A stretch of 64,000 nucleotides of DNA, from positions 1 to 64,000 of the IMG/VR virus record IMGVR_UViG_3300032224_001591; one strand, written 5' to 3'. Positions within the stretch are counted from its first letter, which is position 1; every line of letters begins with the position of its first letter. This document shows, piece after piece, positions 1 to 6,852 of this stretch. This DNA comes from a virus. Under the pieces are notes generated by a model. The model saw nothing but the letters and a program-made list of their open reading frames with translations. It was not told the DNA's origin and did no database searches. The translations under genes were made by a program, and so were the position numbers.

Positions 1-189
1 ATTAAAAATTTCGGTAAGTTAGTAGCAAATAAAGAAGTTAGTCAACCAACTAAAAAGTATGTTGCTACAGGGGGACCGCGTGGTAGAAAACCGTTAGATC
101 CAATTGAAAAAGCCAAACGAGAAACCGAAGCGTTAGAGCGCAAACAGAGAAGCGGAGGCAAACGCGGCCGCCCCAAAGCAATAAATTAA
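1..189 (+). CDS. 5'-truncated basic protein with AT-hook motifs
   Basis: Frame 1 is open from base 1 to TAA at 187-189: ...GGPRGRKPLDPIEKAKRE...SGGKRGRPKAIN*. KRGRPK is a canonical AT-hook. Confidence 0.65.
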   Translation: MKNFGKLVANKEVSQPTKKYVATGGPRGRKPLDPIEKAKRETEALERKQRSGGKRGRPKAIN

Positions 190-227
190 AATTCAAAACC
201 GCCATGTTTTGTAAGTTTTAAGGGTTA

Positions 228-256
228 GCAAGAGGTCTTTTTTAAGACCTTTTTGC
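228..256. terminator. Stem-loop, probable intrinsic terminator
   Basis: GCAAGAGGTCTT-TTTT-AAGACCTTTTTGC downstream of the first ORF. Confidence 0.5.
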
Positions 257-336
257 GTCGATGGAATATATACGTATATTTTAGCGTCACTCAAAACTTT
301 CACATTATATTTATATACGTAATCCAGAATTCAACC

Positions 337-744
337 ATGAGATCGCTTCGTTTATCTAAAACCAAGTTAAGACGCATAGCCAAGGAAATCCTTGAGTTAT
401 GCCCGGATTACATGGGGTATCCACATATGTCTAAGGCAGTGTTTATACAGCCAAGACTCAGTGTGTCTTATACTGACGACAAATATTGTGGGGAATTTGA
501 TAATGAAAATCTTATTATTCGTATATTTCCTCGTCGTATTAAGTCTAAATTAGATTTGATTCGAACTATAATTCACGAGTATACTCATTATGTTCAACTA
601 TATGATTCTCCCCGTATGGATAGAAAATACGTTAAGGCAAATGAGGAATTGGGTTACAAAAACAATCCATTTGAAATTGAGGCAAGGGAAAATGAAGTTA
701 AGTATATGCGCTTAGTTTATGCTAGGGTTAAGCATTTATTCTAA
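337..744 (+). CDS. Zincin-type metallopeptidase-like protein
   Basis: HEYTH (HExxH) followed by NPFEIEA. ATG337 chosen as start because it lies downstream of the ATATTTAT motif at 307-314. Confidence 0.7.
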   Translation: MRSLRLSKTKLRRIAKEILELCPDYMGYPHMSKAVFIQPRLSVSYTDDKYCGEFDNENLIIRIFPRRIKSKLDLIRTIIHEYTHYVQLYDSPRMDRKYVKANEELGYKNNPFEIEARENEVKYMRLVYARVKHLF

Positions 745-838
745 TCGAGGGGCGTATATACGTATTTAAGTATTAGGGGCGTTTAAGCTCAAAAGTTAGG
801 GTTCAAATCCCCACATATTTATCATAAAAACACAACAC

Positions 839-1096
839 ATGAATTATCCTAAAATCGTAAACGGACAAATTGAGGTTTTTGAAAACTTTGAAGACGGGTG
901 CATGGACCCTTTAGCATTTTATTCTGTAGCATTTATTAATGCTGAAGGTAATTTAGCTTTTTATGGTGCTGAAACTGATGAAGATTACATCGCTTTAGCT
1001 AACCAATTAAGTGGTGAATGTACTACCGTAGCAGAAGCAACAGCATATGTAAATAGCCAAGGATATAAGGCTTTTTACAATGGCGTGGCACTTTAA
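839..1096 (+). CDS. Hypothetical protein
   Basis: ORF with an A-rich leader and an upstream ATATTTAT motif (815-822). Confidence 0.75.
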   Translation: MNYPKIVNGQIEVFENFEDGCMDPLAFYSVAFINAEGNLAFYGAETDEDYIALANQLSGECTTVAEATAYVNSQGYKAFYNGVAL

Positions 1097-1124
1097 GAGT
1101 TTTTAAAAATTTATTGCAAATTAG

Positions 1125-1155
1125 TTGGAGGGGCGAAAGCCCCTTCGTACATTTA
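1125..1155 (+). promoter_or_regulatory. Host-sigma-type promoter with a hairpin in the spacer
   Basis: TTGGA-N15-TCGTACATTTA. The spacer contains GAGGGGC-GAAA-GCCCCTT. Confidence 0.65.
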
Positions 1156-1178
1156 CGTAAATAAAAAATGATAAAGAT

Positions 1179-1337
1179 ATGGATTTTAATTTAGTAAAAA
1201 TCAACAAGACATGGTTACGTGAGATAGATGACCTTTATTATGTAGGAGATATCGTTGATATAGATGGTGATGGTTGGGTAAGCCGCGAAGATGCTGAACT
1301 TGCCGTATATGAATTTGAAAATTGTGTAGAAGATTAA
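1179..1337 (+). CDS. 52-aa acidic protein with an EF-hand-like loop (not in ORF track)
   Basis: MDFNLVKINKTWLREIDDLYYVGDIVDIDGDGWVSREDAELAVYEFENCVED*, directly downstream of a promoter. Confidence 0.65.
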   Translation: MDFNLVKINKTWLREIDDLYYVGDIVDIDGDGWVSREDAELAVYEFENCVED

Positions 1338-1355
1338 AGATCCTGCACAAGAAGC

Positions 1356-1386
1356 TTGGAAAAGCGAAAAAACCGTCGTATATTTA
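1356..1386 (+). promoter_or_regulatory. Host-sigma-type promoter
   Basis: TTGGA-N15-TCGTATATTTA. Confidence 0.7.
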
Positions 1387-1431
1387 CGTCACAAGAAATA
1401 AATAATTAATTAACCAAAAAATCAAGGTTCT

Positions 1432-2232
1432 ATGTTAAAATTAAACAATTCAGAGTTCTTAAGTCAAGAACAAATCCGTAAAGTCGCTCCTAGCGTATTC
1501 ACAGCACAAGGTGCTGAAACTACTTCTGAGAAGTATGCTCACATTCCTACAAACCGTATCTTAGAAGATATGCAAACTTTAGGTTGGGGTGTTGTAGATG
1601 CTAAAGAGGTTAAAGCTCGTAAGCAAATTGGTTTCCAAAAACACTTAATTGTGTTCCGTAACAACGACATCGTTATTAATGGTTCAGATGGTGACACAGT
1701 TTATCCACAAGTATTATTGACAAATAGTCATGATGGTAAAAATGCATTTACTTTCACTGCTGGTTTGTTTCGTTTAGTTTGTGAAAATGGTTTAGTAGTA
1801 TCTACTCAAGAGTTTGAGAATATGAAAATCCGTCACTATGGTTATGATTTTGAAACATTACAAAATACAATTAAAGCAATGGTTGAAAAATTACCTTTAA
1901 CTGTTGAGTCAATGAATAAATTTAAAGCTACAGAGTTAGCGCAAGATCAGGCCTTAGACTTTGCTAAACGCGCTATTGAATGTCGTTTTACTGACGAAGA
2001 AATCGAGAATGTAAAAATCGATTGGAATGATTTATTAACACCAACTCGCCCTGAAGACCAAGGTAATAATCTTTGGAGTGTATTCAATGTGATTCAAGAA
2101 AAATTAGTTCACGGTATGTTCAGTTATAATTACGGAACTAAAAACCGTAAAGCTCGTAAAATTAAGAACTTCAAACAAGATATGGTTTTGAACGAAAAAT
2201 TATACGATCTAGCTTTAGAATATGCTAACTAA
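1432..2232 (+). CDS. DUF932/DUF945-family protein
   Basis: APSVF...SEKY.HIPT, LLTNSHDG..AF....GLFRLVCENGL and NLWSVFNVIQE motifs. Confidence 0.85.
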   Translation: MLKLNNSEFLSQEQIRKVAPSVFTAQGAETTSEKYAHIPTNRILEDMQTLGWGVVDAKEVKARKQIGFQKHLIVFRNNDIVINGSDGDTVYPQVLLTNSHDGKNAFTFTAGLFRLVCENGLVVSTQEFENMKIRHYGYDFETLQNTIKAMVEKLPLTVESMNKFKATELAQDQALDFAKRAIECRFTDEEIENVKIDWNDLLTPTRPEDQGNNLWSVFNVIQEKLVHGMFSYNYGTKNRKARKIKNFKQDMVLNEKLYDLALEYAN

Positions 2233-2239
2233 ATAAATC

Positions 2240-2259
2240 GGGGCGGTTAGCGCCGCCCC
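2240..2259 (+). terminator. GC-rich stem-loop
   Basis: GGGGCGG-TTAGCG-CCGCCCC; weak U tract. Confidence 0.4.
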
Positions 2260-2274
2260 ACAATTTTTCAAATC

Positions 2275-2739
2275 ATGAATATACAAAGACTTACAGTTGA
2301 AGAAGCTCAACACTATATTAGTTGCAAAGACGATTTGATGGGATATCCAGCCGAATATTATACATTAGTACCTTCTGGAGATGGAAAATGGGATGATGTT
2401 ACGTATTATACAGGTAAAAAGAAAATAGGAATTAATCGTTCAGGCGAAGGTAAGTATTGGATCTACGTTTTATCAAATGAATCCATGCCTGATGTAGTTA
2501 AGATTGGGTACACAAAGCAAACGCCCGAAGAACGCGCATATCAAATATCATCTGCTACCGGTGTTGCTACACCATTTAAAGTAGAATATGCTTTCAAATG
2601 TCACGAAGGTGAATTTTTAGAAGCCGAAATACATAGACATTTAGATTCATGTCGTGTTAACACTAATAGAGAGTTTTTTAGCATTGGGATAAAAGAAGCA
2701 AAAGAAATAATTGAAGAGATTGGTAAAAAGTACGTATAA
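2275..2739 (+). CDS. T5orf172/MUG113-like GIY-YIG domain protein
   Basis: WIYVLSN...VKIGYT..PEERA..I...TGVATPF...LEAEIHR.L....NREFF. Confidence 0.85.
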   Translation: MNIQRLTVEEAQHYISCKDDLMGYPAEYYTLVPSGDGKWDDVTYYTGKKKIGINRSGEGKYWIYVLSNESMPDVVKIGYTKQTPEERAYQISSATGVATPFKVEYAFKCHEGEFLEAEIHRHLDSCRVNTNREFFSIGIKEAKEIIEEIGKKYV

Positions 2740-2743
2740 AGAT

Positions 2744-2774
2744 TTGGATAAGTAAAAAAATAGTCGTATATTTA
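2744..2774 (+). promoter_or_regulatory. Host-sigma-type promoter
   Basis: TTGGA-N15-TCGTATATTTA. Confidence 0.7.
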
Positions 2775-2793
2775 AATATATAAAAACATAAAT

Positions 2794-2982
2794 ATGGAAA
2801 ATAATAAATCAACACAAGAAGATTTAATCAATAAGATTTTCTTCTTATCAGAAATTCAAGCTGAAATTTGGAGATACCATCCATTAAACCCAGCATGTGT
2901 CGACGTTCTTGTTGAATACGATAAGATTACCGACGAAATTAGAAATGTAAAAAGACAAATAGACGAATTAGAGAATAACTAA
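2794..2982 (+). CDS. Hypothetical protein
   Basis: 62-aa ORF downstream of a promoter; WRYHPLNP motif, coiled-coil end. Confidence 0.7.
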   Translation: MENNKSTQEDLINKIFFLSEIQAEIWRYHPLNPACVDVLVEYDKITDEIRNVKRQIDELENN

Positions 2983-3033
2983 TATTTATAGTAATACTAA
3001 ACTTTTTAATTATTTAAACAAAAAACAAACATC

Positions 3034-3198
3034 ATGAAAAAAATGATTATCGCAGCGATCGCAATCGCAACAATGACAGTAACAGCATGTTCTAACAACA
3101 ACACAACAGTTCCAACTACAGATAGTACAGCAGTAGATTCAACTGCAGTAAGCGTTGATAGTACAGCAACTACAGTAGATACAACCGCTACAAAATAG
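3034..3198 (+). CDS. Small lipoprotein with DST/DTT repeats (not in ORF track)
   Basis: MKKMIIAAIAIATMTVTAC-SNNNTTVPTTDSTAVDSTAVSVDSTATTVDTTATK*; signal peptide plus lipobox VTAC. Confidence 0.85.
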   Translation: MKKMIIAAIAIATMTVTACSNNNTTVPTTDSTAVDSTAVSVDSTATTVDTTATK

Positions 3199-3266
3199 TT
3201 TAAAAACTTCACAATTAGAGATCTTCGGCCGTGTAAAGGTGCCGCTAATTAAAAAGTAGATCGGAT

Positions 3267-3337
3267 AGTCAGATGGTGTAATGGTAGCACAACAGTTTTT
3301 GGTTCTGTTTGTTTTGGTTCGAGTCCAGGTCTGACTA
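3267..3337 (+). tRNA. tRNA-Gln(UUG)
   Basis: Acceptor AGTCAGA/TCTGACT; D arm GTGT-AATGGTA-GCAC; anticodon loop TT-TTG-GT; T loop TTCGAGT. U-U mismatch at 31:39; CCA not encoded. Confidence 0.8.
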
Positions 3338-3342
3338 CATAA

Positions 3343-3458
3343 ACAGGAGTGGCGGAATATATTATAGCAGCTACTGTAATATTACGCAGACGTGACCTAG
3401 TAAAATAGGTTGGTTAATAGGCAACTAAACCGTGTTGGTTCGAATCCAACCTCCTGTA
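3343..3458 (+). ncRNA. Atypical class-II tRNA-like RNA (Leu-like scaffold)
   Basis: Perfect acceptor ACAGGAG/CTCCTGT and T arm GTTGG-TTCGAAT-CCAAC. Hairpin inserted in the D loop, 6-nt (or 8-nt) anticodon loop, long variable arm. Confidence 0.7.
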
Positions 3459-3464
3459 CAATAT

Positions 3465-3866
3465 GGGGCTGGCACTGGTATTGACAGCAATTGAAGTAGA
3501 GAAAGATGAAGCAAGCAGGATTAGATTGGAAATCCTTAAACACCTATCAAACAATAAACGCAGTAGAATTATCTACAATGACTTTCGAAGACGTTATGTC
3601 TTTCGTTGGTGCTGATTACGCAGTAGCTGCCTAATCCCTCCCGTACACATCATGGGACTTAAAATAGAATGTGAATTAAAAGGTAGCGTTAGAGGTACTA
3701 CCTGTAAATCCATTAAATGGTAGAAGTGAACTTCCCACAGTTGAGAGTAATAATGGCAAAATAGGAACTTTATATTTTGTTTGTTTAGAAAAATAAGCTA
3801 AGCTTGTGAATGAGTTGATTTAGACTTATTGTTTGGACCTGGGTTCGAGCCCCAGCAGCTCCACCA
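3465..3866 (+). ncRNA. ssrA: tmRNA
   Basis: 5' GGGGCTG pairs with CAGCTCC-ACCA (G3:U70 Ala identity); T arm CTGGG-TTCGAGC-CCCAG; tag frame 3560-3634 ends DYAVAA*. Confidence 0.93.
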
Positions 3867-3871
3867 AAACG

Positions 3872-3901
3872 AAACATCAACGGAAACGTTGGTGTTTTTT
3901 T
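3872..3901 (+). terminator. Intrinsic terminator after tmRNA
   Basis: AAACATCAACG-GAAA-CGTTGGTGTTT followed by a T run. Confidence 0.8.
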
Positions 3902-3924
3902 ATGTTCGGCATATATTTATATAC

Positions 3925-4353
3925 ATGGACATCAACAAAATCTTCAATTTATTTGACGATAAAAGCGATTTCAAAGACGAGGAAATATATGTTATTAACT
4001 TGTACGAGCAGCCGTTGTTTTGGGTTGGTATGTTTGAAAAATTAATAAAAAATAACGATGTATTCAAACGCCAACTTAGTACTTTCTTTAGAAAAAATGA
4101 TCCCGAATACAGTACAGATCTATTACATGAGTCCGGTGACGCACTCGTATTTAACAGAGCATGGCAATTTATCAAAATGATAGATTTAAACGACCCGAAT
4201 CATCAGAACGCAGTTCGAATTAGGGCAAATGGAAGTTATTTATGCAACGCATTGGAACAGGCCATTAATTATTTTGTTGCTATTGAAGATTATGAAAAAT
4301 GTTCCTACCTAAAAAAGATTTTTGATTTTGGGGAAGAAAATTTGGAAGTATAA
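3925..4353 (+). CDS. Hypothetical protein with C-terminal UVR-like motif
   Basis: EDYEKCSYLKK. Start moved to ATG3925 because the ORF-track start overlaps the tmRNA. Confidence 0.7.
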   Translation: MDINKIFNLFDDKSDFKDEEIYVINLYEQPLFWVGMFEKLIKNNDVFKRQLSTFFRKNDPEYSTDLLHESGDALVFNRAWQFIKMIDLNDPNHQNAVRIRANGSYLCNALEQAINYFVAIEDYEKCSYLKKIFDFGEENLEV

Positions 4354-4372
4354 GATAGCTTTCGTAACTTCT
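4342..4372 (+). promoter_or_regulatory. Host-sigma-type promoter (variant)
   Basis: TTGGA-N15-TCGTAACTTCT, same spacing as the other copies. Confidence 0.55.
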
Positions 4373-4469
4373 AAATACGGGGTTAAAGGGAAAAAGGGGG
4401 AATAAGAGATGAGTGATGAGAGGGATGATGAAACCGGGGGTAAATAGTAAACAATAAATAAACAAATAT

Positions 4470-4670
4470 ATGTTAAATCGAGAAATCATTAGACGCAAAC
4501 TAGAAAAACTAGAAGGCAATCTAACAAAATTACAATTCATTTTAAGACGACAAGGTTCTTTAGAAGAATATGTTCAAGTTCATGAAGAAATGAGGGAACT
4601 TGTAAATGAAGTAAAAGGATATATTGAGCACGAACCACGTTCTGCTAATGAAATAAACACATCAATCTAA
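4470..4670 (+). CDS. Hypothetical coiled-coil protein
   Basis: ORF with A-rich leader. Confidence 0.75.
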   Translation: MLNREIIRRKLEKLEGNLTKLQFILRRQGSLEEYVQVHEEMRELVNEVKGYIEHEPRSANEINTSI

Positions 4671-4687
4671 ATTTAAAAATAAAAGTT

Positions 4688-5479
4688 ATGAATCTTACCG
4701 CTGAACAAATCCAAGGAAATTGGGAAAAATTGATGTCGATGATTGATCAATTCATCACATCACCACGTAAAGACAATTTGGTTGCTTTCTATGAAAAATA
4801 CCAAGATCGTTTAATGATGATGCCTGCGTCACATAAGAAAGAATACCACAACGCTTTCCCTGGAGGGTATGTTGATCATGTTGTTCGAGTAATGGAATGT
4901 GCTGTTCGCTTACATAAAGTATGGGATGATATGGGTGCTGATACTAGTACTTATACGTTTGAAGAATTAATATTCTCTGCTTTGAATCATGACCTGGGTA
5001 AATTGGGTGATGAAAATCAAGACGCTTATATCCCACAAACGGATCAATGGCGTAGAGATAAACTAGGTGAAGATTATATGTTTAACAACACTATTCCATT
5101 TGCTTCGGTTCCCGATCGTAGTTTATTCTTCTTACACTCTAATAACATCCAGTACACATTTAATGAAATGGTAGCTATTCAAACACATGATGGTTTATAC
5201 GATGAAGGTAACAAGAAATATCTTATGGGTTATCTTCCCGAACAAAAACCACGTACAGCATTACCATTTATATTACACCAGGCTGATTTGATGGCTGCTC
5301 GTATTGAATTTGAAAAAGAATGGCTTCCAAAATTCCAGGGAAAAAACTTGGAGGAGCCAAAGAAAAATTTTACATTGGGGGGAAACAAGCCCAATGGTAA
5401 AACTCAAAGTGCCCAAAAACAAAAAGCACTTGGTAGTATCAAATCAGAGGGATTAAAAAACCTGTTAAATAATATTTAG
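4688..5479 (+). CDS. HD-domain phosphohydrolase (YhaM-like)
   Basis: PAS..EYHNAFPGGYVDH, ALNHDLGK, HDG and ILHQAD motifs. Confidence 0.85.
   Translation: MNLTAEQIQGNWEKLMSMIDQFITSPRKDNLVAFYEKYQDRLMMMPASHKKEYHNAFPGGYVDHVVRVMECAVRLHKVWDDMGADTSTYTFEELIFSALNHDLGKLGDENQDAYIPQTDQWRRDKLGEDYMFNNTIPFASVPDRSLFFLHSNNIQYTFNEMVAIQTHDGLYDEGNKKYLMGYLPEQKPRTALPFILHQADLMAARIEFEKEWLPKFQGKNLEEPKKNFTLGGNKPNGKTQSAQKQKALGSIKSEGLKNLLNNI
5348..5378 (+). promoter_or_regulatory. Possible internal promoter ahead of the sigma-factor genes
   Basis: TTGGA-N15-TTTTACATTGG, inside the HD gene. Confidence 0.4.
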
Positions 5480-5755
5480 ATGCTAATTTTAGTTTGTATT
5501 TTATCGGTTTTGGTTGTTGTATTAAGTTACACAACCATTAACCTTCTCCGCAAAAACGAGAAACAAGAAGACATTTTAAAAGGCTATATGACCTATTTAA
5601 ACAAATTTTCAGACATTATAGCATTCTCAGATCAAAAATTAAAAGAAGTAGATGCTAAAGGTTCATTTGAAAGTGATGATGAAGTTGGTTTCTTTTTCCA
5701 ACAACTAAAAGCAATACAGGAAATATTGAACCAATTTAATATTAAGAATTTATAG
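5480..5755 (+). CDS. Small membrane protein
   Basis: N-terminal hydrophobic helix; FESDDEVGFFF. Confidence 0.75.
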   Translation: MLILVCILSVLVVVLSYTTINLLRKNEKQEDILKGYMTYLNKFSDIIAFSDQKLKEVDAKGSFESDDEVGFFFQQLKAIQEILNQFNIKNL

Positions 5756-5756
5756 A

Positions 5757-6476
5757 ATGGAAGTAGAAGTTAGAAAAAGGAAGAAAAAAACTTCCAATGT
5801 GTATTTTACTAAGGATACCGAAAACGCTATTGTAGCATACAATCATAGTACTGATTTTGAAGAACGTAATAGAATATATAACGAACAAATTCACTATGCG
5901 TTTTTTAAATTAACCGAAAATATCATTCATACCTTTAAGTTTTACTATACCGAGGTAGATAATATTGAGGATTTACAACATGAAGTAATTACATTTTTAC
6001 TTTCTAAAATTCACTTATTTGATCAAAGTAAAGGTGCTAAAGCATTTTCTTATTTTGGAACAATCGCTAAACGTTATTTGATTTTATCTAATCAGAAAAA
6101 CTATAAAAAACGTGTTGAAACATCTTCAGTAGCTTCAATTGAAGAAGACGAAAAATTTTCATATCAATTAGATGATACTAAAAGCGTTGTTGAAAGTAAT
6201 TTATCTAAATTTATAGATGAATATATCAATTATTGTACCGATAATATATTTGAATTATTCCCTAAAGAAACAGATGCTCAAGTAGCCGATGCTATTTTAG
6301 AAGTATTCCGTAAAAGAGATAGTTTAGATGTATTTAATAAAAAAGCACTTTACATATATATTCGCGAAATGATAGACGTTAAAACGCCTAAAATTACCAA
6401 AATAGCAGACCAATTATACGATATATTTAAGAAAAAGTACGTGTTTTATTTAGAACACGGATATACAAATTTTTAG
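5757..6476 (+). CDS. Phage late sigma factor (T4 gp55-like)
   Basis: Sigma region-2 signature EDLQHEVITFLLSKIHLFDQSKGAKAFSYFGTIAKRYL; N-terminal YFT..E. Confidence 0.75.
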   Translation: MEVEVRKRKKKTSNVYFTKDTENAIVAYNHSTDFEERNRIYNEQIHYAFFKLTENIIHTFKFYYTEVDNIEDLQHEVITFLLSKIHLFDQSKGAKAFSYFGTIAKRYLILSNQKNYKKRVETSSVASIEEDEKFSYQLDDTKSVVESNLSKFIDEYINYCTDNIFELFPKETDAQVADAILEVFRKRDSLDVFNKKALYIYIREMIDVKTPKITKIADQLYDIFKKKYVFYLEHGYTNF

Positions 6477-6506
6477 TTATAATATTTATAGTCAAAAATA
6501 AAACGT

Positions 6507-6848
6507 ATGAGTTCATTAGAAAACGTAGTTTTTGGCAAGAAAACATTTAGCAGCATATTAGAAGAGATATACGATAATCAAAAGAAAAAAGATAAACAAA
6601 TATCCGCTTTAATATCCGAGTTAAAACCACTGATAAGTGATATAGGTGATGCCACTTTGATAGTTCCGTTAATTAAAGAATACTTAGAAATAAGTGTTAA
6701 AAATGACGAGCAACTTATCAAAATGGCCACTATTATCCAACGTGCATTAAATTCAACATCAACAGACGATGGTGGATTTGGTATCTCGGATGAAGAAAAA
6801 GCTCAATTACTTGCTGAAATAGATAAAATACACGGAGAAAATAAATAA
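6507..6848 (+). CDS. Hypothetical helical protein
   Basis: ORF downstream of an ATATTTAT motif at the head of the baseplate operon. Confidence 0.75.
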   Translation: MSSLENVVFGKKTFSSILEEIYDNQKKKDKQISALISELKPLISDIGDATLIVPLIKEYLEISVKNDEQLIKMATIIQRALNSTSTDDGGFGISDEEKAQLLAEIDKIHGENK

Positions 6849-6852
6849 TTAA

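Noticed and set aside
3006-3212. Minus-strand 68-aa hydrophobic ORF
   Set aside because: Antisense shadow of the + strand lipoprotein 3034-3198, which has a lipobox, A-rich leader and upstream late motif
3220-3262. Possible ribozyme or riboswitch upstream of tRNA-Gln (GATCT/AGATC, CGGC/GCCG stems)
   Set aside because: Only two short stems; no HDV/theta, hammerhead, twister or pistol core could be matched
3829-4045. ORF-track starts at 3829 and 3833
   Set aside because: They overlap the tmRNA 3' end and its terminator; the credible start is ATG3925
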